From positions 300,001-332,000 of the forward strand of contig NC_007494.2 in NCBI RefSeq assembly GCF_000012905.2: a DNA stretch of 32,000 bases. Direction: 5' to 3'. The position numbers and the translations under genes were made by a program. The DNA comes from Cereibacter sphaeroides 2.4.1 (lineage in GTDB: Bacteria; Pseudomonadota; Alphaproteobacteria; Rhodobacterales; Rhodobacteraceae). Below the pieces are notes generated by a model that ran no database searches, had not been told where the DNA came from, and saw nothing but the letters and a program-made list of their open reading frames with translations. Numbering within the stretch: the first letter of the stretch is position 1; every line of letters starts with the position of its first letter. Below are positions 1 to 10,027 of the stretch, in pieces.

Positions 1-2
1 GC

Positions 3-932
<930 letters not shown>

Positions 933-1003
933 CAAGCGCCGCCGTCCCGGGCGCGTCCCGCGCGGCCCGGGGCGCTCTGCCGGATCGACCGGCCCGTGAA
1001 GCG

Positions 1004-1040
1004 GATACGGGCCCCACATCGGGGCCCGTATCGGCGTTTC
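1004..1040 (+). terminator. Putative intrinsic terminator after the protease gene
   Basis: Perfect 12-bp stem GATACGGGCCCC (1004-1015) / GGGGCCCGTATC (1021-1032) with loop ACATC, followed by GGCGTTTCC. The T-tract is short. Confidence 0.5.
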
Positions 1041-1158
1041 CGGCTGAGCGCCCGGGCGATCGGGGTCTTTCCCGGCGGGTCCATTCTGCCCGCACCCGGA
1101 ACAAGCATCCCCTCCCGCGGTTGCAGGCCCTGCGTCCAACCTGGAGAGGAGGAGATCC

Positions 1159-1860
1159 ATGAAACGCCTGACCCTCACGACCTGCGCCCTGGCGCTCGCC
1201 GGAGCCACCGCCGCCCATGCCGACTGTGCCGCGGACCTTGCATCCCTGACCGGCGCGTCCGCGGACATGCCGTCCTCGAGCGGGGCCGCTGCGGACAGCG
1301 GATCCACCACCGGCGCTTCGGGAACGGACATGTCCGCCGCGGGCGGCTCCGACATGAGCACGACCGGTTCGGCTGCCGGAGGCTCCGACATGGCGGCGGG
1401 GTCGGGTGCCGGCGGCACCTCCAGCTCCGCGATGACCGGCAGCTCCGACGTGGCCGGCGGGTCTACCTCCACGGGTTCCGGCTCGGGCAGCGGGACCGAC
1501 ATGGCGGGCTCCGGAGCAACGGGCTCGGGCACGACCGGCACGAGCGCGACCGGCCCCGGGACCGCCGGATCGGACGGCGCTTCGGGCATGGCCGAGGGCG
1601 AGGGCATCTCGAAGGACGGCTCGCTCGCGCCGCTGGAGGGCGCAGACGGCAGCGGGAGCAACAGCGCGACCACGGCCATGTCCGGCGCCGATGCCGAAGC
1701 CCAGCAGAACGGCGAGCCGACGGCGGCCCAGTCGGCCGAGGCCGGATCGGGGGAGGGCGCGAACACCCGCGCCGGCGTCATTCAGGAAGCCCGCACCGCT
1801 CTTGCCCGGGGCGACGAGGCGGCCTGCCTCGCGGCCATCGAGAAGGCCCGCGGCCTCTGA
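1159..1860 (+). CDS. Secreted low-complexity Gly/Ser/Thr/Ala-rich protein with repeated [AST]-D-M motifs; function unknown
   Basis: Strong SD (GGAGAGGAGGAG) 6 nt before the ATG. Signal-peptide-like N-terminus MKRLTLTTCALALAGATAAHA. Third codon positions are GC-rich. One Cys sits near each end of the mature protein. Confidence 0.7.
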   Translation: MKRLTLTTCALALAGATAAHADCAADLASLTGASADMPSSSGAAADSGSTTGASGTDMSAAGGSDMSTTGSAAGGSDMAAGSGAGGTSSSAMTGSSDVAGGSTSTGSGSGSGTDMAGSGATGSGTTGTSATGPGTAGSDGASGMAEGEGISKDGSLAPLEGADGSGSNSATTAMSGADAEAQQNGEPTAAQSAEAGSGEGANTRAGVIQEARTALARGDEAACLAAIEKARGL

Positions 1861-2025
1861 GCCGGACGTGAGGGGGCAGGCGGCGGCACCCCGCCGCCCG
1901 TCGCCTCTCGGGCCCGTCAGCCGGGGCGGTCCCGCCGCAGGTGCCCGCCTCGACGATAAAACCTTCATGGACCCGTTGGCCCACAGCCCGTTCCCGGCAA
2001 TGATGCGCCGGGGCGGAGGGATGGC

Positions 2026-3261
2026 ATGAGCACAGGATCTGACGGGACCGAGGGCGGCATGAGCGGCAACCGCTGGAGTTTCCTCGCGGTGACCTGCGCC
2101 GCGCTGGTCCTCTCGCTCTCGACCTGGTTCTCGGCCACCGCCGTCATGCCCGAGCTGATCCTGCGCTGGGGGCTCGGCGCGTCCGAGGCGGCGTGGCTCA
2201 CGAACGGCGTGCAGGCGGGCTTCGTCGCCGGGGCGCTGATCTCGAGCGCCCTGGCCTTGCCCGACCGCCTCCATCCGAACCGGCTGATGGGAGCGGCAGC
2301 GACGGTCGCGGGGCTCGCCACACTGCTTCTTCTGCTGGAGCCCGGCCCCGCCGCGGCGATTGCGGCACGCATGCTGACCGGGGCGGCTCTGGCCTGCGTC
2401 TACCCGCCCGCGATCCGGCTCATGGCCACCTGGTTCCGGCAGGGCCGCGGGCTGGCTCTGGGCTGCCTCATCGGCGCGCTCACGCTGGGCTCCGCTTTGC
2501 CGCATCTGGTGCGGGGCCTGGGCGAGGCGCTCGACTGGCGTCTCGTGATCGGGGCGGCCGGACTCTTCAGCCTCCTGGCCGCGCCGATCTTCGGGCTGGC
2601 GCTGCGCGAGGGGCCGCATCCGTTCGGCCGGGCCGCCGCCATCGACCTCCGCCAGACCTTCGGCGTCCTGCGCAACCGCCCGGTGATGGCCGCGAACCTC
2701 GGCTATTTCGGCCACATGTGGGAGCTCTATGCCGTCTGGGGCTGGTTTCTCGCCTGGGCCCGCGCGGCGTCGGAGGCGGGGCTGGGGCTCGGCAACCTCT
2801 CGCTCCTGACCTTCGCCGTGGTCGCCGCGGGCGCGCCCGGCTGCGTGCTGGGCGGGATCCTCTCGGACCGCATCGGGCGCTGCCGCACGACGGCGCTCGC
2901 CATGGCGATCTCGGGCAGCTGTGCGCTGGCGGTGGGGCTCGCCTGGAGCGGGCCCGTCTGGCTCCTCGTGGGGCTGGCCCTTCTCTGGGGGCTCGCGATC
3001 GTGGCCGACAGCGCGCAGTTCTCGGCTGCGGTGACGGAGCTGTCCCCGCCGCATCTCGTGGGCTCGGCGCTGGCCTTCCAGATGGGCGTGGGCTTCGCGC
3101 TGACCATCGTGACGATCTGGGCCGTGCCGCTTCTGGCAGAGGCGATCGGCTGGCGCTGGGTGTTTCTCCTGCTCGTGCCGGGGCCGTTCCTCGGAACCTG
3201 GGCCATGCTCGCGCTGCGCCGGATGCCCGAGGCCGAGCGCATGGCCCACGGTCGGCGCTGA
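2026..3261 (+). CDS. MFS-family transporter
   Basis: 411 aa. Roughly 12 hydrophobic segments throughout. GGAGGG SD at 2015-2020. Typical MFS loop after TM2 (ALPDRLHPNRLM). Confidence 0.85.
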   Translation: MSTGSDGTEGGMSGNRWSFLAVTCAALVLSLSTWFSATAVMPELILRWGLGASEAAWLTNGVQAGFVAGALISSALALPDRLHPNRLMGAAATVAGLATLLLLLEPGPAAAIAARMLTGAALACVYPPAIRLMATWFRQGRGLALGCLIGALTLGSALPHLVRGLGEALDWRLVIGAAGLFSLLAAPIFGLALREGPHPFGRAAAIDLRQTFGVLRNRPVMAANLGYFGHMWELYAVWGWFLAWARAASEAGLGLGNLSLLTFAVVAAGAPGCVLGGILSDRIGRCRTTALAMAISGSCALAVGLAWSGPVWLLVGLALLWGLAIVADSAQFSAAVTELSPPHLVGSALAFQMGVGFALTIVTIWAVPLLAEAIGWRWVFLLLVPGPFLGTWAMLALRRMPEAERMAHGRR

Positions 3262-3383
3262 CGGCCCGAGACGGGCGCGCAAAATCGCCTCGCGCCGCCC
3301 GCGGGGCGCGTGCGACATCCGGCCATTGCAGCGAGGGCGCGGCTGGGCCACTCTCCGGCCGAGAAACGACCAGCAGGACCAAG

Positions 3384-4934
3384 ATGACACTCGATCTCGA
3401 CGCGCTCGACCGCGCCCTCGATGCGCTGCCGAACCTCTTCCGCGGACCCGGCGGCGTGGCCGGGGTGGTCAAGGACGGGCAGGTGGTGGCCAGCCGCGCC
3501 TGGGGCTACGCGGACCTGACCCGCCGCCGCCCGATGGAGACAGGCACGCGCCTGCCGATCTGCTCGATCTCGAAGCAGTTCACCTGCGGCGCGCTGCTCG
3601 ACACGCTGGGCGACACCGCCGCTTACGATGCGCGGGTGGCCGAGTTCCTGCCGCAGTTCGAGGGGCCGCTGCCGACGCTCCGCCAGCTCTGCGACAACCA
3701 GTCGGGCCTGCGCGACTACTGGGCGCTGACCGTACTGCAGGGGGCCGAGGCCGCCCAGACCTTCCGGCGCGAGGATGCGCTGCCGCTGATCGCGCGGATG
3801 AAGACCGGGCATTTCCCGCCCGGCACCGCCTATTCCTACTGCAACTGCAACTTCCGCATCGTTTCGGAGATCCTCGAGAGCGAGACGGGCCGCGCGCTGC
3901 GCGATCTCTATGCCGAGCGGATCTTCGGGCCGGCGGGGATGCGGACGGCCGAGCTCACCTCGGACACGCGCCACCCGGCCGATGAGGTGGTGGGCTACGA
4001 GGGCAGCGATGCAGTGGGCTTCTTCCCGGCCGACAACGGGATCTTCTGGATCGGCGATGCCGGCATCTCGGCCTCGCTTCAGGACATGCTGGCCTACGAG
4101 AGCTGGATCGATGCCACGCGCAACGATGAAAACTCGATCTACCGCCGCATTTCGGTGCCGCCCGCCTATGTCTGCGGCACGCCCGCAAGCTACGGCTTCG
4201 GCCTCTCGCATGAGACGGTGGCGGGGGTGAAGGTCACGGGCCACGGCGGCGCGCTGCGGGGCTTCCGGGCGCAGCGGTTCCATGCGGCCGATGAGCGGCT
4301 CTCGGTCGTGGTGATCTTCAACCACGAGGCCAGCGCCCATGCGGCGGCAAGCTCGCTGCTGGCGGCGGCTCTGGGCCACGAAGCGCCGAAGGGCGCGCGC
4401 CCGGAGGGCTGGGCCGGCCAATGGCTCGATCCCGAGAGCGGGCTTCTGCTGCGCGTCGGGGAGGATGCCGAGGGGCTGACGCTGCGCTTCGCGACCGGCC
4501 CGGACCGGCTGACCGCGGGCGAGGATGGCGTGCCGCGGGGGGCGGGCGTGAGCCTTGCGCGCGAGGGCGCGATGCTCGTCATGAACCGGACCTCCGACAA
4601 TCTGACCGTGCGGGCCGAGCCGCTGCCCGTCGTCGCCGTGGCGGATGCGGGCGAGATCGCCGGGCGCTACCATGCGCGCGAGCTCGAGGCCGATCTCGTG
4701 ATCGAGGCGCGCGACGGCGGCGCCTATGCGGGCTTCGAGGGGCTTCTTGGTGCAGGGCCGATGGAGCGGCTGCATCCGGTCGGGCCCGATGTCTGGATCG
4801 TCACGACGCGGCGGTCGATGGATGCGCCCGCGCCGGGCGACTGGACCCTGCAGGTCCGGCGCGAGGGCGGGGCCGTGACCGGCCTCCGCCTCGGCTGCTG
4901 GCTCGCGCGGCGCATCGACTACGCCCGGGTCTGA
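3384..4934 (+). CDS. dap: D-aminopeptidase (DAP-type, beta-lactamase-fold serine hydrolase, MEROPS S12-like)
   Basis: 516 aa. N-terminus FRGPGGVAGVVKDGQVVASRAWGYADL...RLPICSISKQFTCG carries the SxxK motif and closely resembles my recollection of Ochrobactrum anthropi DAP in sequence and length. The start is set at ATG 3384 (AGGA SD 5 nt upstream) inside the longer tracked ORF 2193..4934. Confidence 0.88.
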   Translation: MTLDLDALDRALDALPNLFRGPGGVAGVVKDGQVVASRAWGYADLTRRRPMETGTRLPICSISKQFTCGALLDTLGDTAAYDARVAEFLPQFEGPLPTLRQLCDNQSGLRDYWALTVLQGAEAAQTFRREDALPLIARMKTGHFPPGTAYSYCNCNFRIVSEILESETGRALRDLYAERIFGPAGMRTAELTSDTRHPADEVVGYEGSDAVGFFPADNGIFWIGDAGISASLQDMLAYESWIDATRNDENSIYRRISVPPAYVCGTPASYGFGLSHETVAGVKVTGHGGALRGFRAQRFHAADERLSVVVIFNHEASAHAAASSLLAAALGHEAPKGARPEGWAGQWLDPESGLLLRVGEDAEGLTLRFATGPDRLTAGEDGVPRGAGVSLAREGAMLVMNRTSDNLTVRAEPLPVVAVADAGEIAGRYHARELEADLVIEARDGGAYAGFEGLLGAGPMERLHPVGPDVWIVTTRRSMDAPAPGDWTLQVRREGGAVTGLRLGCWLARRIDYARV

Positions 4935-4937
4935 GCC

Positions 4938-4968
4938 AAAAAAGGGGCCGGCGCACCGCGCCGACCCC
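4938..4968 (-). terminator. Intrinsic terminator for the minus-strand ABC operon (may also stop dap)
   Basis: On the minus strand: GGGGTCGGCGC-GGT-GCGCCGGCCCC (11-bp stem, one mismatch) followed by TTTTTT. It begins 23 nt after the binding-protein stop codon (4992). Confidence 0.8.
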
Positions 4969-4991
4969 CTTGGTCCGCCAGAGGCGGAGCC

Positions 4992-6503
4992 TCAGTTCTT
5001 CACCGTATCCTCGAGGAAGAAGCGGCCCAGCGGGTTCTGGTTGAAGTTCTCGATATTGGCACGCGTCACGTTGATGAAGGGGCTGTAATAGAGGTCGATC
5101 CAGTGGGTATCGGCCTTCGACAGTTCCTGGATCTCGGTATACATCGCCTCGCGCTTGGCCGGGTCCATCTCGAGCCGGGCATCGGCCACGAGCTGCTTCA
5201 CCGTGTCGTTTTCGTAGCGCGTCATGTAGTTCATGTTGACGTCGTGACCCAGAACGAAGGTGGTCTTCTGGTCGGGATCGAGGATGTCGTTCGTCCAATA
5301 CATGACCGACAGGTCGTATTCGCCATTCACCAGCATGTCCCAGGTCATGCTTGGGTCCATCTTCTGCAGATTGACCGTGATCCCGGCCTGACCCAGCTGC
5401 TGCTGGAGGAGGACGGCGATCTGCTCGTCCACCTCGTTGCCCGCATTCACCACATAATCGAGGCTCACGTCGGACACACCCGCCTCGGCCAGAAGCGCCT
5501 TGGCCTTCTCGGGGTCGTGGGGCCGCAGCAGGTTGTTGTCGTTGTGATAGAGCGCGCCGGCGGGGATGTAGGAATTGGCGATCTGCGCCTGCCCGAAGGT
5601 CACCGTGTCGACGATCGCCTGCTTGTCGATGGCGAGATCGATCGCCTCGCGCACCTTGGGATCGTTCAGTGGCTCGTGCTCGTGGTTGAGGAGCAGATGG
5701 TCCTCGCGCGTCGAGGGCTCGACCATGACCTTGAGGTTGGTATCCTTCTTCAGTTCCGCCACCCGCGAGAAGGGCACGAAGATCGCGGCGTCGAGTTCGC
5801 CCGCCTGCACGCTCAGCATCCGGCTGTTGTCGTCGGGGATCGAGATCCATTCGACCCCGTCGAGGCTCACCCGGTCGGCTTGCCAGAATTCCGGGTTCTT
5901 CTTCAGGATCACCCGGTCGCCGCGGCGCCATTCCTTGACGGTAAAGGCGCCCGAGGCCACGGGCTTCTCGGCATAGGCCTCCTCGCCCATGGCTTCGACG
6001 CCCGCCTTCGACAGGATCGAGACGGCGGGCATCGCCATGGTGGACAGGAAGGGCGCCGAGGGGGTCTTCAGCTTGACGACGAGGGTCTTCGGATCGGTCG
6101 CCTCGGCAGTTTCGATCACCGCATAGCTGTCCGACCAGAGCGACAGTTCGCTGTCGCGGATGCGCAGCAGCGTGAAGGCCGCGTCCTCGGCGGTGATGGG
6201 CGAGCCGTCGGAGAAGTTCGCGTCGCGCAGATGGAACGTGTAGGTGAGCCCGTCCTCCGAGATCTCCCAGCTTTCGGCCAGACCGGGCTCGAGCTTGGTC
6301 CCGGTCTTGTCCACGCGCACGAGCACGTCATAGACGTTCGAGAAGACCCAGAAATCCACGTTCTGCGCCGTGGCGATCGGGTCGAAGGTGGTGCCGTCCT
6401 CGCGCCGGCCGATGGTCAGCACGCCCGCGGCTTCGGCGATGCTGCCGAGGCCGAGGGTCACGCTCAGCGCGATGAGGCCGACGCGGGCCCATTTTCCTGT
6501 CAT
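4992..6503 (-). CDS. ABC transporter substrate-binding protein, family 5 (peptide/nickel, DppA/OppA-like)
   Basis: 503 aa from ATG 6503, with signal peptide MTGKWARVGLIALSVTLGLGSIAEA. Typical family-5 N-terminal region (FDPIATAQNVDFWVFSNVYDVLVRVD...LAESWEISEDGLTYTFHLR). ATGA overlap with the upstream ATPase stop. Confidence 0.9.
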   Translation of the reverse strand: MTGKWARVGLIALSVTLGLGSIAEAAGVLTIGRREDGTTFDPIATAQNVDFWVFSNVYDVLVRVDKTGTKLEPGLAESWEISEDGLTYTFHLRDANFSDGSPITAEDAAFTLLRIRDSELSLWSDSYAVIETAEATDPKTLVVKLKTPSAPFLSTMAMPAVSILSKAGVEAMGEEAYAEKPVASGAFTVKEWRRGDRVILKKNPEFWQADRVSLDGVEWISIPDDNSRMLSVQAGELDAAIFVPFSRVAELKKDTNLKVMVEPSTREDHLLLNHEHEPLNDPKVREAIDLAIDKQAIVDTVTFGQAQIANSYIPAGALYHNDNNLLRPHDPEKAKALLAEAGVSDVSLDYVVNAGNEVDEQIAVLLQQQLGQAGITVNLQKMDPSMTWDMLVNGEYDLSVMYWTNDILDPDQKTTFVLGHDVNMNYMTRYENDTVKQLVADARLEMDPAKREAMYTEIQELSKADTHWIDLYYSPFINVTRANIENFNQNPLGRFFLEDTVKN

Positions 6504-8173
6504 GTGAGCAGTCCTTCCTGTTGGGTCTGGCTTCTGGGGTCGGGCATCGCGGCCGCCAGCGGCTGGTCGGGGTCGATGCTCGGGATGGCCGCGATCAGCG
6601 CCGCGGTATAGGGATGGGAGGGGCGGGCGAAGACCTCGGCCGAGGGCCCGTCCTCGACCACGCGCCCGTGCTGCATGACCACGACCCGCTCGCAGAGCGA
6701 GCGGACGATGGCCAGATCGTGCGCGATGAAGAGGAGCGTAAGCCCCTGCGCCGCCACGAGCGTACGGAAGAGCTCCACGATCTGCGCCTGGATCGTGACA
6801 TCGAGGGCCGCCACGCATTCGTCGGCCACGATCAGCGTCGGATCGACGGCGAGCGCCCGCGCGATGCCCGCGCGCTGGCACTGGCCGCCGCTCAGGCTGC
6901 GGGGCCTGCGGTCGGCGAAGCCGCGGTCGAGCCCCACCATGTCGAGAAGCTCGTTCACCCGCGCGGGGATGGCTGCGCGCGCCACCTTGCCCTGCACGCG
7001 CAGCACCTCGGCCAGCGTCTCGCCCACGGTGAGGCGCGGGTTCAGCGCGTTGAACGGATCCTGAAACACCATCGCCGCCTCGCGCCGCAGCCGGGCGAGC
7101 GTCCGTGCGCGTTCGAGCGTCAGCACCGAGCCGTCGAAGGCCACATGACCCGAGGTGACGGGCTGAAGCCCCAGAAGCGTGCGGGCGAGCGTGCTCTTGC
7201 CCGAGCCGCTCTCGCCCACGATCCCCACCGTCTCGCCGCGCCCGATGCGCAGGCTCACCCCGTCCACCGCCTTGAAGCGCCGCCGCGCCCAGGGCGATCC
7301 TCCGGCGGGGAAGCTCACCTCGAGATCGTCGATCTCGATCAGCGGGCGGCTGTGGGGCTGATAGGGCTCGCCCACCGCTTCCTCGTGGGGGAGCGAGGGA
7401 TGCGACGCGATCAGCGCCTGGGTATAGGGATGCTGCGGGGCCGCGAGCAGGCGGCGCTTCTCGCCCTCCTCGACGATGCGCCCGTCGCGCATGACGGCGA
7501 TCCGGTCGCAGGTCTGGGCCACGACGCCCAGATCGTGGGTGATGAGGATGATCGAGAGACCCCGGCTCTCGCGCAGATCGGCCAGCTGGCGCAGGATCTG
7601 CGCCTGGATCGTCACGTCGAGCGCGGTGGTGGGCTCGTCCGCGATCAGGATATCGGGATCGCAGGCAAGCGCCACCGCGATCATCGCGCGCTGGCGCATC
7701 CCGCCCGAGAATTCGTGCGCATACATCCGCGCCTGCCGCGGCGGGTCGGTGAAGCCCACCTGCCGCAGGATCGTCACCGCCTCCTCGCGCGCGGCGGCGC
7801 GGGGCAGGCCGCGGTGACGGCAGAGCCCTTCGGCGATCTGATCGCCGATCCGCATCACCGGATCGAGGTGGCTGGTCGGGTTCTGAAAGATCATCCCGAT
7901 CCGCCGCCCGCGGATGTCCAGCATCTCGCGCTCGGGCAGGCGGGTGATGTCGCGCCCGGCAAGGCTCACATGCCCCTTCGTGACCGAGAGCTTGCGCGAG
8001 GGCAGAAGTCCCATCACCGCGCGGCAGAGCAGGCTCTTGCCCGAGCCGCTCTCGCCCACGAGGCCCAGGATCTCGCCCTTCTTCAGCTCGAGCGAGACCC
8101 GGTCGATGAGAAGCCGTTCCTCGGTGCCGTCGCGGAAGCGGATCTCGAGGTCGCGGATGGCAAGCAGGCTCAT
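6500..8173 (-). CDS. Fused double-NBD ABC ATPase (DppD/DppF-like)
   Basis: 557 aa from ATG 8173. Two Walker A motifs (GESGSGKS twice), two signature motifs (FSGGMRQR, LSGGQCQR) and two Walker B motifs (LIADEPTTALD, IVADECVAALD). Confidence 0.93.
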   Translation of the reverse strand: MSLLAIRDLEIRFRDGTEERLLIDRVSLELKKGEILGLVGESGSGKSLLCRAVMGLLPSRKLSVTKGHVSLAGRDITRLPEREMLDIRGRRIGMIFQNPTSHLDPVMRIGDQIAEGLCRHRGLPRAAAREEAVTILRQVGFTDPPRQARMYAHEFSGGMRQRAMIAVALACDPDILIADEPTTALDVTIQAQILRQLADLRESRGLSIILITHDLGVVAQTCDRIAVMRDGRIVEEGEKRRLLAAPQHPYTQALIASHPSLPHEEAVGEPYQPHSRPLIEIDDLEVSFPAGGSPWARRRFKAVDGVSLRIGRGETVGIVGESGSGKSTLARTLLGLQPVTSGHVAFDGSVLTLERARTLARLRREAAMVFQDPFNALNPRLTVGETLAEVLRVQGKVARAAIPARVNELLDMVGLDRGFADRRPRSLSGGQCQRAGIARALAVDPTLIVADECVAALDVTIQAQIVELFRTLVAAQGLTLLFIAHDLAIVRSLCERVVVMQHGRVVEDGPSAEVFARPSHPYTAALIAAIPSIDPDQPLAAAMPDPRSQTQQEGLLT

Positions 8174-8997
8174 TCCTTCACCCCCAGAAGATCGCCGAGC
8201 GCGTCGCCCAGCAGGCTGAAGCCGAAGGCCAGTGTGACGATGGCGAGGCCCGGGAACAGGGTGATCCACCAGGCGGTGGTGATGAAGGCCTGACCCTCCG
8301 CCACCATGACCCCCCATTCCGCGAGCGGGGGCTGCACCCCGAGCCCGAGGTAGCTGATCGCCGCGCCATTGAGCAGCACGAGCACCGCGTCCGACATGAC
8401 GAAGACGAGCGAGCCCGCCAGCGCATTGGGCAGCAGATGGCGGAACATGATCCGGGTGCGCGAGAAGCCGAGGCTCTGGGCCGCCACCGCGAAATCCTGC
8501 GTCTTGAGCACGAGGATCTGCGCCCGGATCAGCCGCGCATAGGAGACCCAGCCCACCAGCGCCATGGCGATGTAGAAGCTGGTGAGCCCGGGCCCGAGGA
8601 TCGCGATGATCGAGAGCATCAGGACGAGGAAGGGGAAGGCCAGGATCACGTCGATCAGGCGCATGAAGAGCGCGTCGATCCAGCCGCCGAAGAAGCCCGC
8701 GAGCGTGCCCACGGCCGTGCCGATCAGGAAGGGAAAGAGCACCCCCAGCACTGCGATCTGCAGATCGATCCGGGCGCCCCAGATCACCCGCGAGAGCACG
8801 TCGCGGCCGAAATTGTCGGTGCCGAACGGATGGGCGAGGCTCGGCGGCTGCAGGCGGATCGATCCGTCCTGTGCGATCGGATCGAAGGGCGCGATCCAGG
8901 GCGCGAGCAGCGCCGCGAGGAGGAAGGCCAGAAGGAGCGCGGTCCCGATGGCCAGCATCGGGCGGCGGCGGACGGGCAGGCCGAGCGCGGCGATCAC
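8170..8997 (-). CDS. ABC permease, DppC/OppC-like
   Basis: Multi-TM protein with the APWIAPFDP N-terminal motif typical of DppC. The start is taken as GTG 8997 (GTGA overlap with the upstream stop). ATG 8958 is an alternative start. Confidence 0.85.
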   Translation of the reverse strand: MIAALGLPVRRRPMLAIGTALLLAFLLAALLAPWIAPFDPIAQDGSIRLQPPSLAHPFGTDNFGRDVLSRVIWGARIDLQIAVLGVLFPFLIGTAVGTLAGFFGGWIDALFMRLIDVILAFPFLVLMLSIIAILGPGLTSFYIAMALVGWVSYARLIRAQILVLKTQDFAVAAQSLGFSRTRIMFRHLLPNALAGSLVFVMSDAVLVLLNGAAISYLGLGVQPPLAEWGVMVAEGQAFITTAWWITLFPGLAIVTLAFGFSLLGDALGDLLGVKE

Positions 8998-9932
8998 AGC
9001 TTCACCCGCGGGTCGAGGGCGACCGTCACGATGTCGGCCAGGAAGTTCACCAGAACCGTGGCGACCGCGAAGGTCATGGCCACGCCCTGCACCACCATGT
9101 AGTCGCGCGAGAAGATGCCCCGCACCAGAAGCTGCCCCATGCCGGGCAGGGCGAAGACGCTCTCGACCACCACGGTGCCGCCGATCAGCCAGCCGATGTT
9201 GACGGCGAGAAGGTTCACCGTGGGCACCAGCGCGTTCGGCACCACATGGCGCCAGAAGACCGCATTCTCCGACAGGCCGCGGGCGCGGGCGGCGGTGGCC
9301 ACATCGGAATGGATCCCCGCGATCATGCCCGCCCGCAGGCTGCGCGTCAGCACCGCCGAGAGCGACAGCGCCACCGTCAGCCCCGGCAGGATCAGGTGCG
9401 AGATCTTCTCGCCCAGCGTCTCGCCGTAGCCCGAAACCGGCAGCCAGCCCAGCGTGACGCTGAAGAGCAGGATCAGCACGAGGCCCAGCCAGAAGGGCGG
9501 AAAGCCGATCCCCAGCGTCGAGACGACCCGCACCGCCTGATCCGCCGCCCGGCCCTGCCGCCGGGCCGAGATGGCGGCGAAGGGAACGGCGATGGCGAGC
9601 GAGAGGAGGACGCCCATGGTCACGAGCGCGAGCGTCGGCTCGATCCGCGTGGCGATCAGCGGCAGGACGTCGATCTTGTAGAGGGTCGAGCGGCCCATCT
9701 CGCCGGAAGCGAGGTTCTTCAGGAAATAGAGATACTGCGCCCACATCGGCTCATCGAGGCCGTATTGCGCGCGGATCCGGGCGAGCGCCGTGGGCGTGGC
9801 GCGGGTGCCGAGCAGGATGCGCGCGGGATCTCCGGGGATCAGCCGCACCAGCACGAAGGTGATGACCGAGATGCCGAAGAGCACGGGCAGGAACTGGAGC
9901 GGGCGGAAGAGCACGAAGCGGTAGCGGTGCAT
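8994..9932 (-). CDS. ABC permease, DppB/OppB-like
   Basis: 312 aa. N-terminus LQFLPVLFGISVITFVLVRLIPGDP is typical of DppB. GAGGGAG SD upstream of ATG 9932. Confidence 0.9.
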   Translation of the reverse strand: MHRYRFVLFRPLQFLPVLFGISVITFVLVRLIPGDPARILLGTRATPTALARIRAQYGLDEPMWAQYLYFLKNLASGEMGRSTLYKIDVLPLIATRIEPTLALVTMGVLLSLAIAVPFAAISARRQGRAADQAVRVVSTLGIGFPPFWLGLVLILLFSVTLGWLPVSGYGETLGEKISHLILPGLTVALSLSAVLTRSLRAGMIAGIHSDVATAARARGLSENAVFWRHVVPNALVPTVNLLAVNIGWLIGGTVVVESVFALPGMGQLLVRGIFSRDYMVVQGVAMTFAVATVLVNFLADIVTVALDPRVKL

Positions 9933-9996
9933 GGCGCTCCCTCAGCGGGTCCGGGCGGCGCAGAGGCCGGGACGAGGGCAAGTCATGAGGCTCCTT

Positions 9997-10027
9997 AAAG
10001 AAACAGCCCTTCGCCCGGCGCAGGGCC
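9997..10027 (-). terminator. Terminator-like hairpin plus U-tract between the two ABC operons
   Basis: Minus strand: GGCCCT-g-CGC-cgg-GCG-a-AGGGCT followed by GTTTCTTTAAGG. It lies about 170 nt after the ATPase stop (10200) and 65 nt before ATG 9932. Confidence 0.35.

Noticed and set aside
996-1871. A 291-aa plus-strand ORF overlaps the low-complexity secreted protein gene in another frame.
   Set aside because: It has no SD and no signal or domain features, and its composition is Arg/Gly-rich. The 1159..1860 frame has a strong SD and a signal peptide.
1879-1898. An 8-bp GC hairpin GGCGGCGG-CACC-CCGCCGCC follows the secreted-protein gene.
   Set aside because: It has no U-tract and sits in a generic GC-rich repeat context. 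There is not enough evidence to call it a terminator.
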